A DNA stretch of 64,000 bases from Callorhinchus milii (lineage: Eukaryota), in contig NW_024704742.1 in assembly GCF_018977255.1 (NCBI RefSeq), positions 13,146,001 through 13,210,000 of the forward strand. Direction: 5' to 3'. Position 1 is the first letter of the stretch. Each line of letters starts with the position of its first letter. Position numbers and translations under genes: made by a program. This document shows, piece after piece, positions 14,263-26,475 of this stretch. The notes below the pieces were generated by a model. That model was not told the DNA's origin and searched no databases. It saw only the letters and a list, made by a program, of their open reading frames with translations.

Positions 14263-14409
14263 CTCAGTTGTTTATCCATGCAGAGGGCCACCATAACCAG
14301 GAGATTGCCCAGAATAGTCATCATTATTATAATGGTGAAAAATAGGGTGAGGATAGTTCCTTCCACTATCGTCAGCCTGTAGCCTGACTCTGGCTGGCCA
14401 GCACTGGAA
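14263..14409 (-). CDS. HTR4: 5-HT4 receptor coding exon (N-terminus/TM1), 147 nt, phase 2 to 2
   Basis: SSAGQPESGYRLTIVEGTILTLFFTIIIMMTILGNLLVMVALCMDKQL(R), with the GN motif of TM1. Acceptor gttctgtttccggcag, donor AG|GTGAGA. A second in-frame acceptor lies 6 nt downstream (exon start 14403). Confidence 0.92.
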
Positions 14410-16021
14410 CTGCCGGAAACAGAACATTTAATCAGTTGGGATCAGAATTTGCAACCAATTCGGTGTTTGGAGTTACAGAAAAGATTCTGTCATTTTCCTG
14501 CTATTGTCTATCCTTTGAAGAACAGAATCTAAGACAGTGATGATGTGTTGTAAATTTTAAATTAAAAATTTTAATTAAAAATTGGAAATTTGTAAAATAA
14601 ATCTGGTTATTCAATCCACCGTTTGTAAAAACTGCTGTGTGCAATTGACTGCTGTGTTTCGGCCACAAAATTCAGTCATCCACTTCACAATATATTCTTG
14701 AAGGGCTTTGAGACGTCTCAACTGTGTGATAAGTCGTGATATCAAAATGCAAGGATTATTATTATTGTTATTATTATTAATATCAAAACCAAAGTAAACA
14801 GACACGCTTTGGGGATCTTTTGACAATTTATAATTAGGATTCATGCAGCTTTCAGGTTTACAGGTTTATGGGTTCTGTCCCTCAAACAGCTGTTTGACGA
14901 ATCTTAACATTGATTTTAGAACAAGATATTCACTTGTTTGGCAACAGCTCTTTTCTGTGTAGCACTGCAATGGGTCAATATCTCACAAATCATGGAGCAA
15001 AGTATTAGCCTGGCTTGGTTGGAAGCACTCTCGTCTGTGAGTCAAAGGATTGTGGGTTCAAGCCCTGCTTTGGGACTCTGAACTCACAGCCTAGATTGAC
15101 CCTCCCATGCAGTGCTGGGTGTATGCTACATTGTTGAAGGTGTTGTCCCTTTGGATTAGACGAAAACCCAAGGTGCCGTCGGCCCGGTCAGGAGGGCGTT
15201 AAAGATCCCTTGGCACTGCTCGAAAAGGGAAGGGAACTTCTCCCAGTGTCCCCAACCAGCCAATCGATCAATGAGTGGGTCGTTGAGCAATCCCCAGCTT
15301 TGATTGGCAGTCAGATGTCAATCAGGGTCAGGCGGTGGGATGAGGGGTGTGATTGGCGGACTGGGCTGCCAGTCAGTCAGTGGGCAGGCGATAGACGGTT
15401 CATGAAATAGTGTGGGTAAGTGAATCAGTTGTGACTGACTTCTTGCCAACTTTGGCTGACCTCAAAGTGATTGAACCCCACTCACCACCCCACCACTGAA
15501 GCTCAAAGTGCCAATGTGGGACTTGAACCCTTCTAAATTACAGGTAGGAGTGCTCCCCACTGAAGCAGGCTGATGCATGTTGATGATAATGGAAAGTGAC
15601 AAGGAGCAGTAAAATACCATAAGTTCATTAAATTTGGCGCCCACATTTTTCATGGAACAGGCCTTCAAAAGGTTGACCATTTCATTAAAGCAAAGGTAAG
15701 GTTTAATTAATTTATTTATTACAACACATTTAAATTCCCTCAAAAACTTCCAAGCAGGAAATATAATAAATTTAAGCGCACCACAAAAAATACTGGTGTA
15801 GAGTACACATAACCCCAATAGCTTTGAAAAGAGGTAGGCACATGCGACAAAAGGGAAAAATAAGCATTTAATGGCCTGATTCTGATTTTCAGTTTCAAGG
15901 ACATGTCACCCATGCCCTTGTGATGTTGCACAGAAGCAATATGTGAGCGGTACAGCAATAACATTACCCAATATTGGAATTTTCATTGATAATATTACTG
16001 ATTTATTGTGTGTCTGCTTAC

Positions 16022-16138
16022 CACATAGCTCTCGTGAGATCCAATATACCTACTAGTTTTTCGTTGTGTCAGTTTCTCCGGTCATCTGCATGGGTGTTGC
16101 TGGGTTTAAGCCCCTTCTTGTGAGAAATCCATGACACT
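16022..16138 (-). CDS. HTR4: Candidate ATG-bearing exon of HTR4 (5'UTR plus short N-terminal coding part)
   Basis: Strong acceptor tgtctcgttctctttttcag. There are two phase-2 donors compatible with the next exon: TA|GTAGGT at 16054 (ATG 16091, MQMTGETDTTKNY|SS, creating an NYS sequon) and TG|GTAAGC at 16022 (ATG 16026, MC|SS). No homology support beyond phase and sequon. Confidence 0.5.
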
Positions 16139-17884
16139 CTGAAAAAGAGAACGAGACATAGGACACCAGCCCATAGAGGCACGATGGTCGATCTTCAGAT
16201 CAAAGCCTAAAAAATAAACTTTACAATAAATTGTGCGAAGGGCTTTGAGACATCCATCTGCTGTGAAAGGAGATACATCAAATGCAAGGATTATAAAGCA
16301 CCTTTTAATTAATTTAGCTAAAATGTGATGCGCTTTGAGACCTCCTCCAGACGTAAAAAGCCCCTTATAAATTCTCAGCAAAAACGGTCTTTTACGTTTT
16401 GGCTGTTGCAAAAGCTGGTCGTCAACCAAGCTCTGAATAAGTACAAAATCTTAAACTATTTGGGAACTGGGAGACATAAGAAAGGTGATAGTTTTGAAAA
16501 GGAAACAAAAGGTAGAATCGGTGACACCTAATCACTTCTTTGTAATTTATCTTTATCTTTGATGCAATTTTCAATTTTGGCAGTTTTGTTTTGGTCAGCC
16601 GGATGCCTAACACTTGCAAGTGTTAGCAAGTGAAACCCATCACCATGCTTAAGAGTATCCAAACCAGACTGAGAGTTCCAAACATATATATGTCATCTGG
16701 AAATTTCTCTATGTCTTGAATGGAATTCTTGAGTTCTCTTGCTCACTCACTCTCTGGAGGAAATATGCTCTTTCGCACACTCTCCAAAGGGAAGCACTCT
16801 GTTCACCTACTGCTGGAGTCTAACCAGCTAAAGCTGTGAAGCTTGTGGTAATGGTGGTGTGCCTTTCTATGGGCCTTAAAGATTCAGTTTTAAAAAAATG
16901 CTGGCCCTCCCAACAGTTAACCAATAATCGGGATGATAATATAGAACTTGAAACATCACTTACCAGAATCAGAGGACTGACTGAGTGAGTGCGGTCTCCC
17001 TCTTCATAATGTGAGCTTTTCTTTCTGTGATACAATAGAAAACAATGTTCTCAGTCATCCTTTTGCACTTTGCTTTTGCTTTGCAGCACTTTCTTACATC
17101 CATCTATACTCTTTAAATGTAGTGCTATACTTACAGTAACAATATGCCGAACAATTAAAATATGAGATGGTAAATGTTTGCTGTAGGAAGAGATCAAAGA
17201 CTTTACACAAGTGGTATATCAAGTTCCATGGCAAATTACCAAGTTAGTAAACAGAAGTACAAAGTGCAGTGAAACTGAAATGTGATGCCAGCACACCACT
17301 TACTCATCTGGGGAACAATTTCATTGATTATAATTTTATCGTTTTAATTCCTCATCCATTTCTAAAACAGTTTGTTGCTGTATTCTACATGTCTCTCCAC
17401 CTGGTACTTTGAAAAAGAGTAATGAAATTTCACAAATCTTTTCTTTTTCAAATACAGGGTGACTAAAAAGTGGTGATACCATTACAATATCTTAAAGAAA
17501 TTATGATTTTTTTTAGATAATAGGGCAGTTATCATGAGGTTTTGTTCACCCTGTAGTACCACAGGATCATCCACCTGAGAAGTGCACAACTGCAGTATAT
17601 AAAATAAAAACTGGCATCACTATTCTAAAACTCAGAGATCCAGCTATTCAATTTATTCTAAGCTATTTCCTTACTTTTCAAGAATGCCATTCTCAATTTC
17701 CTTCAGTGGGTTTGTGGGTAAAGGCAGCATAGGCATAGCAGAGGATAAGTTCCACCTGGGTCCAGCTTATTATAAAACACATTATTTAAAACCAGGAAAA
17801 TAAGTGAAAAGACAAAGCTATTCTAACTTGTTGTAGCTATTATAACTACTGTACTGTACATGATATTTGCATGGAGACTGAATA

Positions 17885-20800
17885 CAATAATAATCCTCGC
17901 ATTTGATATAGCACCTTATCATGTCTTCAAGACGTCCTAAAGCGCTTCACAGAAAATAATGTAAAGAATTGACTGTATATTTTGTGAGCAAAAAGCAGCA
18001 GCCAATTGCACACAACAATGTCCCATAAACAGTCGTGGATTGAGTGACTAAATTATTTTTATTTATTTTGAAGGAATTATTACTCCCGGAAAGCTAGGTA
18101 AACAGAGGCGTGTGGAGTAAGTTAAGTTGCCTCACATTTTGCCCTGCCATGAATTGAACCCAGGTCATCTCATTTGCGAGGCAAGTGGTCTAACCACTAA
18201 GCTATAGGACTCCTGTACTGTGTACTGTGTACAATGTACTGAATCCTTAATTGTAACTCTATTAAAGGTTTGCTCAACTACATGTTTCATTATTAGGACT
18301 TCTGGGTTTATTTTGTTTAGCAATTTTTAGCAATATGTAGATGTCCAAATATTGGGGGGTTTATACTGTAAGATTACAATCACATCTGCGCGTACGGAAG
18401 GGAGCGATTCTCTTCTCTGTGCGCTCAGGCAAGTCTGGTGAAGAATTTGTATGTGAAAGAAGGAGGTACTGCATGTGCGTGAGGGCACCTCTCTCCCCTC
18501 CATGTGCCCAGGCAGGTCTGGTGAAGGCTCTGTATGTGAGACAAGCATCTCATGCAGCGTCACACTCTTCTCACATACCCTTCACCAGACAAGCCCGCGC
18601 ACACAGAAGGAGAAGCTGAGAACAAATGTATTGCACAGAGCCAAGAGCGAGAGAGAGACAGAGAGAGAACCTCACCACAAAGTTAAGTCAGGGCAGGTCA
18701 CCATTTCTGGTGTATCATTTTTTTTTGTCAGTTGGGTGGCTGGCACATGGGGAAGCCCATCATACTGTGTCTTGGGGTTAACGCTAACCATCTAAAGCCG
18801 CATAGCTTGTGATTATGAGCACTGCTTAGCAACTCCCTGATGCTTGTCCAGCTAGGACCACCATACCTGTTAGAGCTTTGGTTTTCAGGGTTAACAGAGC
18901 AGAGTAGATGATCAGTCTGCCCCTCCACTGAATGGGTTGGCTGATCTGTCATCAGCAATGCCCTGGAACTGCTGTGCTCAGGAGCCAGACTAGCGAGGCA
19001 ACCAGAGAGGGTTTACTCCATTCCAATCTTCCATTGCCAGACACATCACATTGTAGCAAGCTCAACCTCAGGAAGACCCCACTAAACTTCCCCCAAGGAG
19101 GATGGTCATTAATCGGTTATTAGACATCTAGACATTGTGGAGTCTTGTAGCTCAATGGTTAGAGCACTCGCCTCGCAAGCGATTCTCGGGCAGGGAGAAA
19201 CGTTGGGCAAGTTTCCTTACTCCACACGCCTCTGTTTACCAGCAATAAATAGAAACCCAATTGTTAGTTGATTGGCGGATCGCTTTCTGGGTGTAATAAT
19301 CTCTCCAAAAAAAAATTGGGGCACCCAATTCACGATTGTATGTGGGACACTGCTGTATGCACCTGGCTGCCATGTTTCACCTATAAAATATTCAGTCAAT
19401 TCACTTTACAGTTATTCTGTAAAGCGCTTTGAGACGTCTCGAAATGTGCAAGGATTATTAATAATATTATTATCTGACAAGCGCAGGTTTAAGTGCTTGC
19501 TAGATCTGACTGTAGTATAATTAACTGATACCGTAACAAAACTAATAAAAGTGTAATCTCACACCCTCCGCTTTCAAATTGTATTTTCTGTATTATCATT
19601 CCCGTGTTTCATGATGTTATATAAAAGTTATAAAACAATGTTTTTCAAACTTTGAGCAAATGGGGGAAGGTGCAGATATGTCAGACTGGTGGAATATAAA
19701 CACAGAAACAGACTGGTTGGGCCAAGTGGCCTGTACATTCTTTATAACTACAATGTTTAACTGCACAGGGAGTACAGCCAACGGAAGCAATATATCACTG
19801 TTAACCAGCAATGGGAGCCTTTGATCCAACACTTTGATACTTTGATTATTTCACTGCCAGTTGGAAGGTTTGAAGAGCCCTGGTCAATGAGATGGAAAAG
19901 CGTGAGTGGCGCCTTTTACTTCTTAAAATAATAATAATAATTCTTGCATTTGTCACATCATCGAGACATCTCAAAGCACTTCTCAATAAAGTGCAGTGAC
20001 TATTTATTTTGTGGGCGAAATTCAGCAGCAAGTTGCACACAGCAATGTCCCACAAACAGCAATGGAGTGAATGACCAATTTTATTTGGGGGATTGTTGGC
20101 CACAAATTGTTAATGTAACACAACCATGTGCAGTGGTTGCCCAGATATGTGAAGTGGAACCAATTTCCAGTTAGCTCCTTAGGAATCAGACAAAGCAGCA
20201 AACCAACCCTTCCTTCGTTATGGTCAGTAATGCCCACAGAACATTATCCGTGTATACCCTGCACCCTCCCACTCTCCATCAATTGTTGCTTGCAAATTGC
20301 TTGCTTGACCACTGTCCAGCACCTCGGGACATCCTTCTGATGTAAAAGGCGCTATGCAAATGTAATTTTGTATTGTATTGTGTATCTGTTCAGAAAAAGA
20401 GCTGCAATGCTGCTGGAGTCTCTGAATACAGTCAGGCGATCCTAGTTTCACTTGAAACCCCAGCGATGACCATTTAGAGTTCCCTCTTGGATCCTGATAA
20501 ATTGCAGATCTGAGTCTCCCCAAGGGTTTTATAATAATAATCCTTGCATTTGATATAGTGCTTTTCACGTCTTCTCGATGTCTCAAAGAGCTTCACAAAA
20601 TATGCTGTAAAGTGAATTGATTGTATATTTGTGGGCGAAATGCGGCAGCCAATTACGCATAGCAGTGTCCCACAAACAGTCGTGGATTGAAAATGACCAA
20701 TTTATTATTGTTTTGTTTTGGAGGGATTATTATTACTTTTTATAGATGTGGAGCTATATTAGTGAACACATACAGCATGCAGCACCAGATACGGCCATGG

Positions 20801-21608
20801 CTGGGGATAAATAAGCTGGTGGGAGCGATCCATCACTTTGATTCACCTTGAGGCTGTGAGAACCTGACTATTTATTCAACCCGTTTTTTTTCCCCCCGTA
20901 AATCCATAAATGAAAATAATTCACAAATAATAAATAAAAATAATAAATAAAATAATTGGTTTACTCCCCATCTTCCACCCCGGCAGAGAAATGATCCCGC
21001 CAAAAATAAAAAATACATCACTTACCTCTGCCTCTTAAATGGGGGTATAAATGGTTCAACTAAATGAGTAGCAGATCTCTAACCCCAGGCAACAACAACA
21101 AATTACATTTGTATAGCACTTTTCATATCGGGAGGACGTCCCAAGGCGCTGGTGACAGAGAGGTAGCAAATCAGTACTCGCTCCCCATTACCTAGAGAGC
21201 AATCAAATGCTGTGATCCCTGGATAATAATAATAAAGTAATAATAATCCTTGCATTTCATATAAAGCCTTATCACATCTTTGAGACATCTCAAAACGCTT
21301 CACAGAATATACTGTAAAGTGAATTGACTGTATATTTTGTGAGCGAAACATGGCAGCCAATTGTGCACAGCAGCGTCCCACAAACAGTCGTGGATGGAGT
21401 GACCAAATTATTATTATTTTGGAAGAGATTATTACTCCTGGAAAAGCGATCCACCAATTGACTAACATCCAGGTTCCTAGTTACTGCTCGGTGAACAGAG
21501 GCGAGAGGAGTAAGGAAACTTGCCCAACGTTTACTGAGCTCCAGAATCACACCCAGGTCCTCTCCCTTGCGAGGTGAGTGCTCTAACCACTAAAGCACAG
21601 GACTCCAT
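17885..21608. mobile_element. Cluster of SINE copies: 17885-18215 (-), 19136-19470 (+), 19925-20100 (-), 20531-20735 (-), 21235-21608 (-)
   Basis: Recurrent body and tail consensus (TGTTTGTGGGACACTGCTGTG...ATCAAATGCAAGGATTATT). Confidence 0.85.
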
Positions 21609-21660
21609 GGTTGCCTGAATAACCTGCTAAAATGTGGTAAAGTGTGACATGTCGACTTAC

Positions 21661-21810
21661 TCCTTTAAGCTTGTGAAAAGGTGCAAGATTTGATGCCGCG
21701 TCGCCAGTGTGGCTGCGGACCTCTCCACTGGTGCTGTTGTTACTGTCACAAAGAGGTTTAAGGCAAAATTTGCGACATCTATTCTGCGCTTTCACTGAAC
21801 CCAGTCAGAG
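21661..21810 (-). other. Putative non-coding 5'UTR exon of HTR4 (150 nt)
   Basis: Long pyrimidine tract ending ctctgttcacacag, donor GGA|GTAAGT, CpG-retaining non-repeat sequence, stops in all three frames. Confidence 0.5.
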
Positions 21811-22149
21811 CTGTGTGAACAGAGAAACAATAACATGAAAGGAAAGTCTAACTGGGAGGTGGTAATCTCGTCTCTAGGATTAGATTCCTGGGTTACCCCC
21901 TAACCATACTGTTTTTTGGTGAGTTATTTACCTGTATATTGGGGTGGAACCCACCTTCACCAAAGAGCAATGGCAACATACATTATGAAATCTGTCTCTC
22001 CCAAAACGAAATTGACTTCATTGCACTCTCTCCACAACCATCATAAAAAACGAATGCCGGGCACTGTGCTCTTAAAGAGCAAAGTTATCCACTTGAAACA
22101 TTAAAACCAAGAAAGACTGCGGTGTAACAGCTGCTGCTGACCTGACTGA

Positions 22150-22640
22150 CACCTCTCACTCTGTGCCATTGCGCGGTGTACCTGACAGTCCGCGGGTTTG
22201 CTGTCACCTCCCACTCCGCTTTATGCCACATTCCCGGGATCGCTGAATCATCTCAAACTATTGAAAGCAACATTTCCTTACTCAGGTCCTACCTTACCGG
22301 GATCAGCAAAGCTTCTCCTGGGATCAGGGGAGATGAGAGGTGGCAAACTATCATCCCACGGCTTCTCATAGTCCGGCAAAGCACCAGCGCCCAACAGGTC
22401 TGCCCGAGGCTGCGGGACAGCGGCAGCGGGTCAGACCGCACACACACACACACACACACACAGTGGGTAACGTAGAGAATAAACTCTGCTGTAGAGACAT
22501 AGCCAACTCTTTAGCTCAATGAGCGCCCTCTTGTGCAAGTACTATACATCCTCCAGATACACACACACTTAAATCACTCACATAGACACACTCTACAAAG
22601 GCAGTGCTGGACCGTTAAGAGAGAGAACCGCCGACCACAC
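22150..22640 (-). promoter_or_regulatory. CpG-enriched region: probable HTR4 promoter/first exon (donor CCG|GTAAGG, exon end 22298), with a (CA)n tract at 22438-22462
   Basis: Local GC/CpG enrichment in non-repeat DNA upstream of the HTR4 exons, with a minus-strand donor at its downstream edge. Confidence 0.55.
22520..22538 (-). promoter_or_regulatory. CTCF-like motif
   Basis: Minus strand reads TTGCACAAGAGGGCGCTCA, close to the CTCF core CCASYAGRKGGCRS. Confidence 0.5.
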
Positions 22641-25076
22641 CGTCCTCTACAATTCTAAACTGGTATTCACAGGCACTGTGTAAGTTTCAAATAGTTGTTT
22701 TTAAATAAGGAGAAAAATACTCATCACATAATTTAACAGTGAAGTTGAGGTTTTGTTTTACCTTTTCTTTTACTATTCCTTTTCTTGTTTAGATTCTAAA
22801 GTTTAGAACCAGTGACAATCTGGAAATGTAAATGGCTAAGATACTGTATATATACATACAGTATATGAATTCAAGGTCAGCCCTGCTGCTGACATGCAGC
22901 CAACCTACTATCAAATATAGACCGCACAAATAGCTGGTGAGAGGGTGGGTAAGAGATATTTGTGAAAAAAAATTAATCCACAAAATATGTAGTCAATTAA
23001 TTCACTTTACAGTTTCTGTGAAACACTTTGGGATGTCTCAACGATTTGATAAGGCTTTACATCAAATGCAAGGATTATTATTAATAAGTGGTATTGGATG
23101 ACTGCTAGAATATTTCTAAACATTTATCAGGAGTTTCCAAAGTGTCTTTATACCCAAGAAACAACTTTGTACCCAAGAACCAAGAAGGAAAAAAAGCAGA
23201 ATAATGTGATACCTTTAAGGCTTGCAACCAATTGGTCCTACCAGAGATTTAATGGTGTTTATATATACAGTACATATACTGTATTTCATCGCTTTTATTA
23301 ACTTTTTATACTGCCATCAAGCATGTGAGTAGGCTTGGAAAGGCTAGAGCTTTATGAAGCCTCCACATTGGTTTTAGTGTTTAATCATGCGTGATCACAT
23401 CAAGTGTGTCTGTAAACAATGCCTGACCAGAACATTATTCAATAACAACAGCAATTTGCATTTATATAGCTCCCTTCCTGCAGAATATTTTCTCAGAGCA
23501 CTTTATAGTGGCGGGGATGGATGCCAAGTCACGGGTTGTGGGGGAGGTGACCACAGATGTGGTCAAAAAGGTAGATGAGACTTGATGATTGATGGAGAGG
23601 AAGCAAGATGGAAGGGTCGAGGAAGGGATTCCAGAGATTGAGGGGAACATAATCAGAGAGATTGGACACCAAAAATGGCGGGGAACTTTGAGTAAACCCC
23701 AGTTAATATTTGTACTCACTGGTAGAGAATACATATTCTCATTTTTTTTAAAAAACTGCACATTTCAGTTTACAGTTGACTTACTCTAGCATATTTATAA
23801 ATACAGATATTGAATAAATATAATTTTAACATTTGTCTGGGAATGAATTGCAAAGATGCATGGTGCATCTCCCTGACTTCAGGAACTGATTCATGGCCGG
23901 GAATATCATTTTCACTTGTGATAATATTTGAAACTGTTATTTACTGATATTTGAAACCCTGTAAATGCATTGCAGCTGTCCATGGATTGCACAGCTCCAC
24001 AAGCTACTCATTTCCCTCATATAAAGATCACCGCAGAATTTCACCTCCAAATTAAATATATACGCTACCTTTCAGGTCAGGAGATTATCTCAAGCCACTT
24101 CAAACAACAGACTGGGGGGGTGGGAGGAGATAAAGTAGCTGAGAAGGGTAGGAGAAAGGTAGCTAAAAGCACAGTTAAAAAAATATGTCTTCAAATTGGT
24201 TTATAAGGCAGGGAGGGAGGGAGGAGGGGTAAAATGGAGAGACACCACGATGGAGTAGCAGAAAGCCCGGCAGTGGAATTGAAGGTTTATCTTTCAATAT
24301 TGTGGCAGTTCAAGGGGTGACATGAAGTAGGCCAGTATTTGTTGAGCGGAGGGAGCATGACGGTAGGATTGAAGAGGTAGTGTGGTGGGAGGTCATGAGA
24401 CCTATTCAAAGTGAGAACAAAGACCTTGAATTTGATCCATTGGGGGATGGGGAGTCAATGGAACCAAGGAAGGATTGGATGGTGATGGACACAGGCTAGA
24501 GAGGTTAACCAAACATTGGGCAAGTTTCCTTACTCCACATGCTTTATCCTTGCCAGTTGCACATTGCCTGATATATCAGATTCCTCAGTGAGGCTACAGC
24601 TTTGTGAAATGATCTGTAAATGATTTGTAAACCAGATTTAATATTTACTTTGCATGAAGCTATTTAGTTGATGACATTATTTGAGATTGCACCTTTAAGT
24701 GAGTATGAAGCAAAGTTGAAGCTGTAGCATGTGTAACAGGTGGGATTGGGATATGACTGTGAAAATCAATTGGATTCTGTGGGCCATTGTCGGTATTTTC
24801 ACAGTTGCTGGTGAAATTTCACACCAGCAAAAGTAAAAACAATATTACAAATGTGTGAAATATCATTAAACGGCCCGATGGTTTGCTGATGCTTTTCCAA
24901 ATCTAAATGGGGCTGGTTTGCTCAAGGTCCTGGAAACAGCATGATTGTTACCCAGTAATGGGTGGGTGAAAGAGGGATCATTATATGTTCCTGTAGGAAG
25001 GGACAAACGCAACATTTGGAAATCCTTCCTTCAGATATTGCTTGGTTAAATGTAAAGTGTTAACTCCATCAGATGC

Positions 25077-25077
<1 letters not shown>

Positions 25078-25113
<36 letters not shown>
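25078..25113 (+). repeat. (AAT)n microsatellite, an expanded SINE tail
   Basis: About 12 units adjoining CCTTGCTTTTGGTATAGCGC. Confidence 0.9.
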
Positions 25114-25339
25114 CCTTGCTTTTGGTATAGCGCTTTTCACGTCTGGAGGACGTCCCAAAGCACTTCACAGATTTTTGTCTGTGAAGTAGAGTGACTATGT
25201 ATTTGTGGTGAAACGAATATGACAAGAATCAAATAAAAACTATAACTATAAAAACTATGAATCTTTGCATTTGATGTAGCACCTTTTACATCCTCCTTTG
25301 CTTATGTCAATGTCTTCTCACCTGTGGCTCAGACTTCCT

Positions 25340-26475
25340 GAACCTCCTCGGCCTATCCCACAGTGTGCGCAACCTCGGTGTCAGATTCAACCACCAGCTG
25401 TCCTACATCCAGTCCTTGACCAAGATTGCTTTCCTCCACTCCGCCAGTCTCCGTCCATACTTCACACCCAATGCAGCCCAAACAATAACAACAATAAATT
25501 ACATTTGTAGAGCGTCTTTCATGTCAGGAGGACATCCCACTGTGCTGGTCAGTCAGGAATCTGCACCAGGCTGGTGGTTGGGACAGGAGGGTGGGGAGGA
25601 TAGGTGTAAGAGGGTGATCGAAGACAAGGTCGAAGAGAAGGGTTTTAAGATGGGTCCTGAAGGAGGCAAGGGAGGAGACTAGGCAGAGGGCCTGTGGGAT
25701 GGAGTTCTAGAGGGTGAAGGCCTGCCCGCCAATGGTGGGTGAGGCAAAGCGGGGGACATGAAGCAGGCCGGAGCCCCTTGAGCGGAGAGAGCGGACAGGT
25801 TGGTAGGGGCTTAGGGGGTCACAGAGGTAGGGAGGAGGAAGGCTGTGGAGGGCTTTGAAGGTGAGGAACAGGATCTTGAACTGTATCTTCTGTGTGATGG
25901 GAAACCAGTGGAACTGGGTGAGGGTGGGGGCAATAGGGTCTCGGAGCCATTCACATATTTGTCACCTCACGCTTCCTTTTTTTCAATGCCCTCCTTGCTC
26001 TTGCAAAATCTATTGCTTGGATTTTCACCTATGCCAAACTCCGCACTCCCATCACCCAGTCCTTGCCAGGCTCCACTGACTCCCTATTGCAAGATCCTCA
26101 CACTTATTTACAAATCAATTCATGTCCCAGCTCCTCTCTACTGCTACAACCTGCTTACACTCCACTCCTCCACCTGCCCTCTTCCAGCTGGCTCTGACTT
26201 TCTACACATTGCTCGTCCCCTCCGCTCCATCATCGGTGGTCGTGTTTTCAGCCACTACTCTCACAAACTCTAGAACTCTCTGCCTCAATCCCTCCACCTT
26301 GCGCCATCCTTACCCATCTTCAGATCGCATCTGAAGATCTTCTTCTTCGACCATATCTATAGTCAACCTCCACCACCTCCCCCACCCCCACTTCCGTCAA
26401 ACTCCGCCATTGTTAAGCATTCTGTGACACTAACTGTATAAATGGTACTTTATAAATGCAAACTGTTGTTATTGT
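25340..26475. mobile_element. Nested L2 fragments: plus-strand copy interrupted by a minus-strand copy (about 25483-25940)
   Basis: RNLGVRF motif on plus, an inverted L2 tail and body, then resumption of plus-strand L2 ending in its own tail. Confidence 0.75.

Noticed and set aside
21583..21795. 70-aa minus-strand ORF overlapping the putative UTR exon
   Set aside because: GTG start, in-frame TGA just upstream, and a phase-0 donor incompatible with the phase-2 HTR4 exon.
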